This document shows, piece by piece, positions 62,949 through 64,000 of a stretch of 64,000 bases of DNA; position 1 is the first letter of the stretch, and every line of letters begins with the position of its first letter. Under the pieces are notes generated by a model. That model ran no database searches. It had not been told where the DNA came from and was given only the letters and a program-made list of their open reading frames with translations. This stretch comes from Mobula hypostoma (Eukaryota), in NCBI RefSeq assembly GCF_963921235.1, contig NC_086097.1, forward strand, positions 213,282,001 through 213,346,000, given 5' to 3'. The position numbers and the translations under genes were made by a program.

Positions 62949-64000
62949 CACAAGATCACAAGACAAAGGAGCAGAAGTAGGCCATTCGGCCCATCGAGTC
63001 TGCTCCGCAGCTCCCCCATGAGCTAAACTATTCACCCATCTAGTTCCAATTTCCGACTTTTTCCCCATATCCCTTGATACCCTGACTAATTAGATACCTG
63101 TCAATCTCCTCCTCAAACACCCTCAATGATCGGGCTTCCACAGCCATATGTGGCAACGAATTCCACAAATCCACGACCCTCTGGCTAAAAAAATTTCTCC
63201 TTATCTCTGTTTTAACTGGGTACCCTCTAGTTCTAAGACTATGGCCTCTTGTCTTGGACTCACCCACCAAGGGAAACGACCTTTCCACATCTACTCTATC
63301 CAACCCTTTCAACATTCGAAACGTTTCTATGAGATCTCCTCTCATTCTTCTATACTCTAATGAATACAATCCAAGAGCGGACGGACACTCCTCATATGTT
63401 AGCCCCTGCATTCCAGGAATCATCCTCGTAAATCTTCTCTGAACTCTCTCCAACATCAGTATATCCTTTATAAGATAGAGGGCCCAAAACTGCACACAGT
63501 ATTCCAAATGAGGTCTCACTAATGCCCCATAGAGCCTCATCAACACCTCCTTACTCTTATACACTATTCCTCTTGAAATGAATGCCAACATAGCATTCGC
63601 TTTCCTTACTGCCAATCCAACTTGGTGGTTAACCCTGCAGGAAGACCCCCAAGTCCCTTTGCACTTCCGATTTTTGAATTTTCTCCCCATCTAAATAATA
63701 ATCTGCCTGGTTCCGAAATGTACAACCGTACATTTGTCAACATTGTATCTCATCTGCCATTTTTTTGCCCACTCTCCTAAACTGACTAAGTCTCTCTGCA
63801 ACCTTTCCGTTTCTTCAACATTTCCTACTCCTCCACCTATCTTGGTGTCATCCGCAAACTTGGCCACAAAACCATTTAATCCATAATCCAAATCATCGAT
63901 ATACATCGTAAAAAGAAGCGGCCCCAACACCGACCCCGGCGGAACACCACTAGTACCCGGCAACCAATCAGAATAGGATCCCTTTATTCCCACCCTTTGC
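62949..64000 (-). mobile_element. young CR1 3' portion running off the window end
   Basis: GVPPGSVLGP, FADD, LVRPHLEYC; tail tcttgtgatcttgtg. Confidence 0.92.

Overview
AT-rich vertebrate genomic DNA, most likely a cartilaginous fish (ray-like; inferred from the repeat complement). It holds coding exons 2-6 of a Rab2 GTPase gene (RAB2A-like, + strand). Exon 1 and exons 7+ were not found in the window. The introns are packed with transposons: an intact full-length L1 with a 16-bp TSD, many CR1 and Rex1 fragments, two Hero-clade RLE retrotransposons, five Tc1 copies or fragments, a Tigger/pogo, a hAT MITE, a small LTR element, tRNA-SINEs and Penelope-derived hairpins. Two things stand out. (1) Much of the apparently unique intron DNA, translated by hand across frameshifts, gives collinear motifs of a Tymovirales-like (+ssRNA alpha-like) replicase (methyltransferase, SF1 helicase, RdRp). 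This occurs in about six segments on both strands, suggesting an abundant, ancient RNA-virus-derived repeat layer. (2) Both Hero elements carry a covarying 3'-UTR RNA structure with hammerhead core motifs in rearranged order, and one Hero has a terminal direct repeat that starts 3 nt after the predicted cleavage site. The viral alignments were made by eye against tymovirus/flexivirus replicase sequences recalled from memory and need computational confirmation. TE boundaries without a TSD or TIR are approximate.
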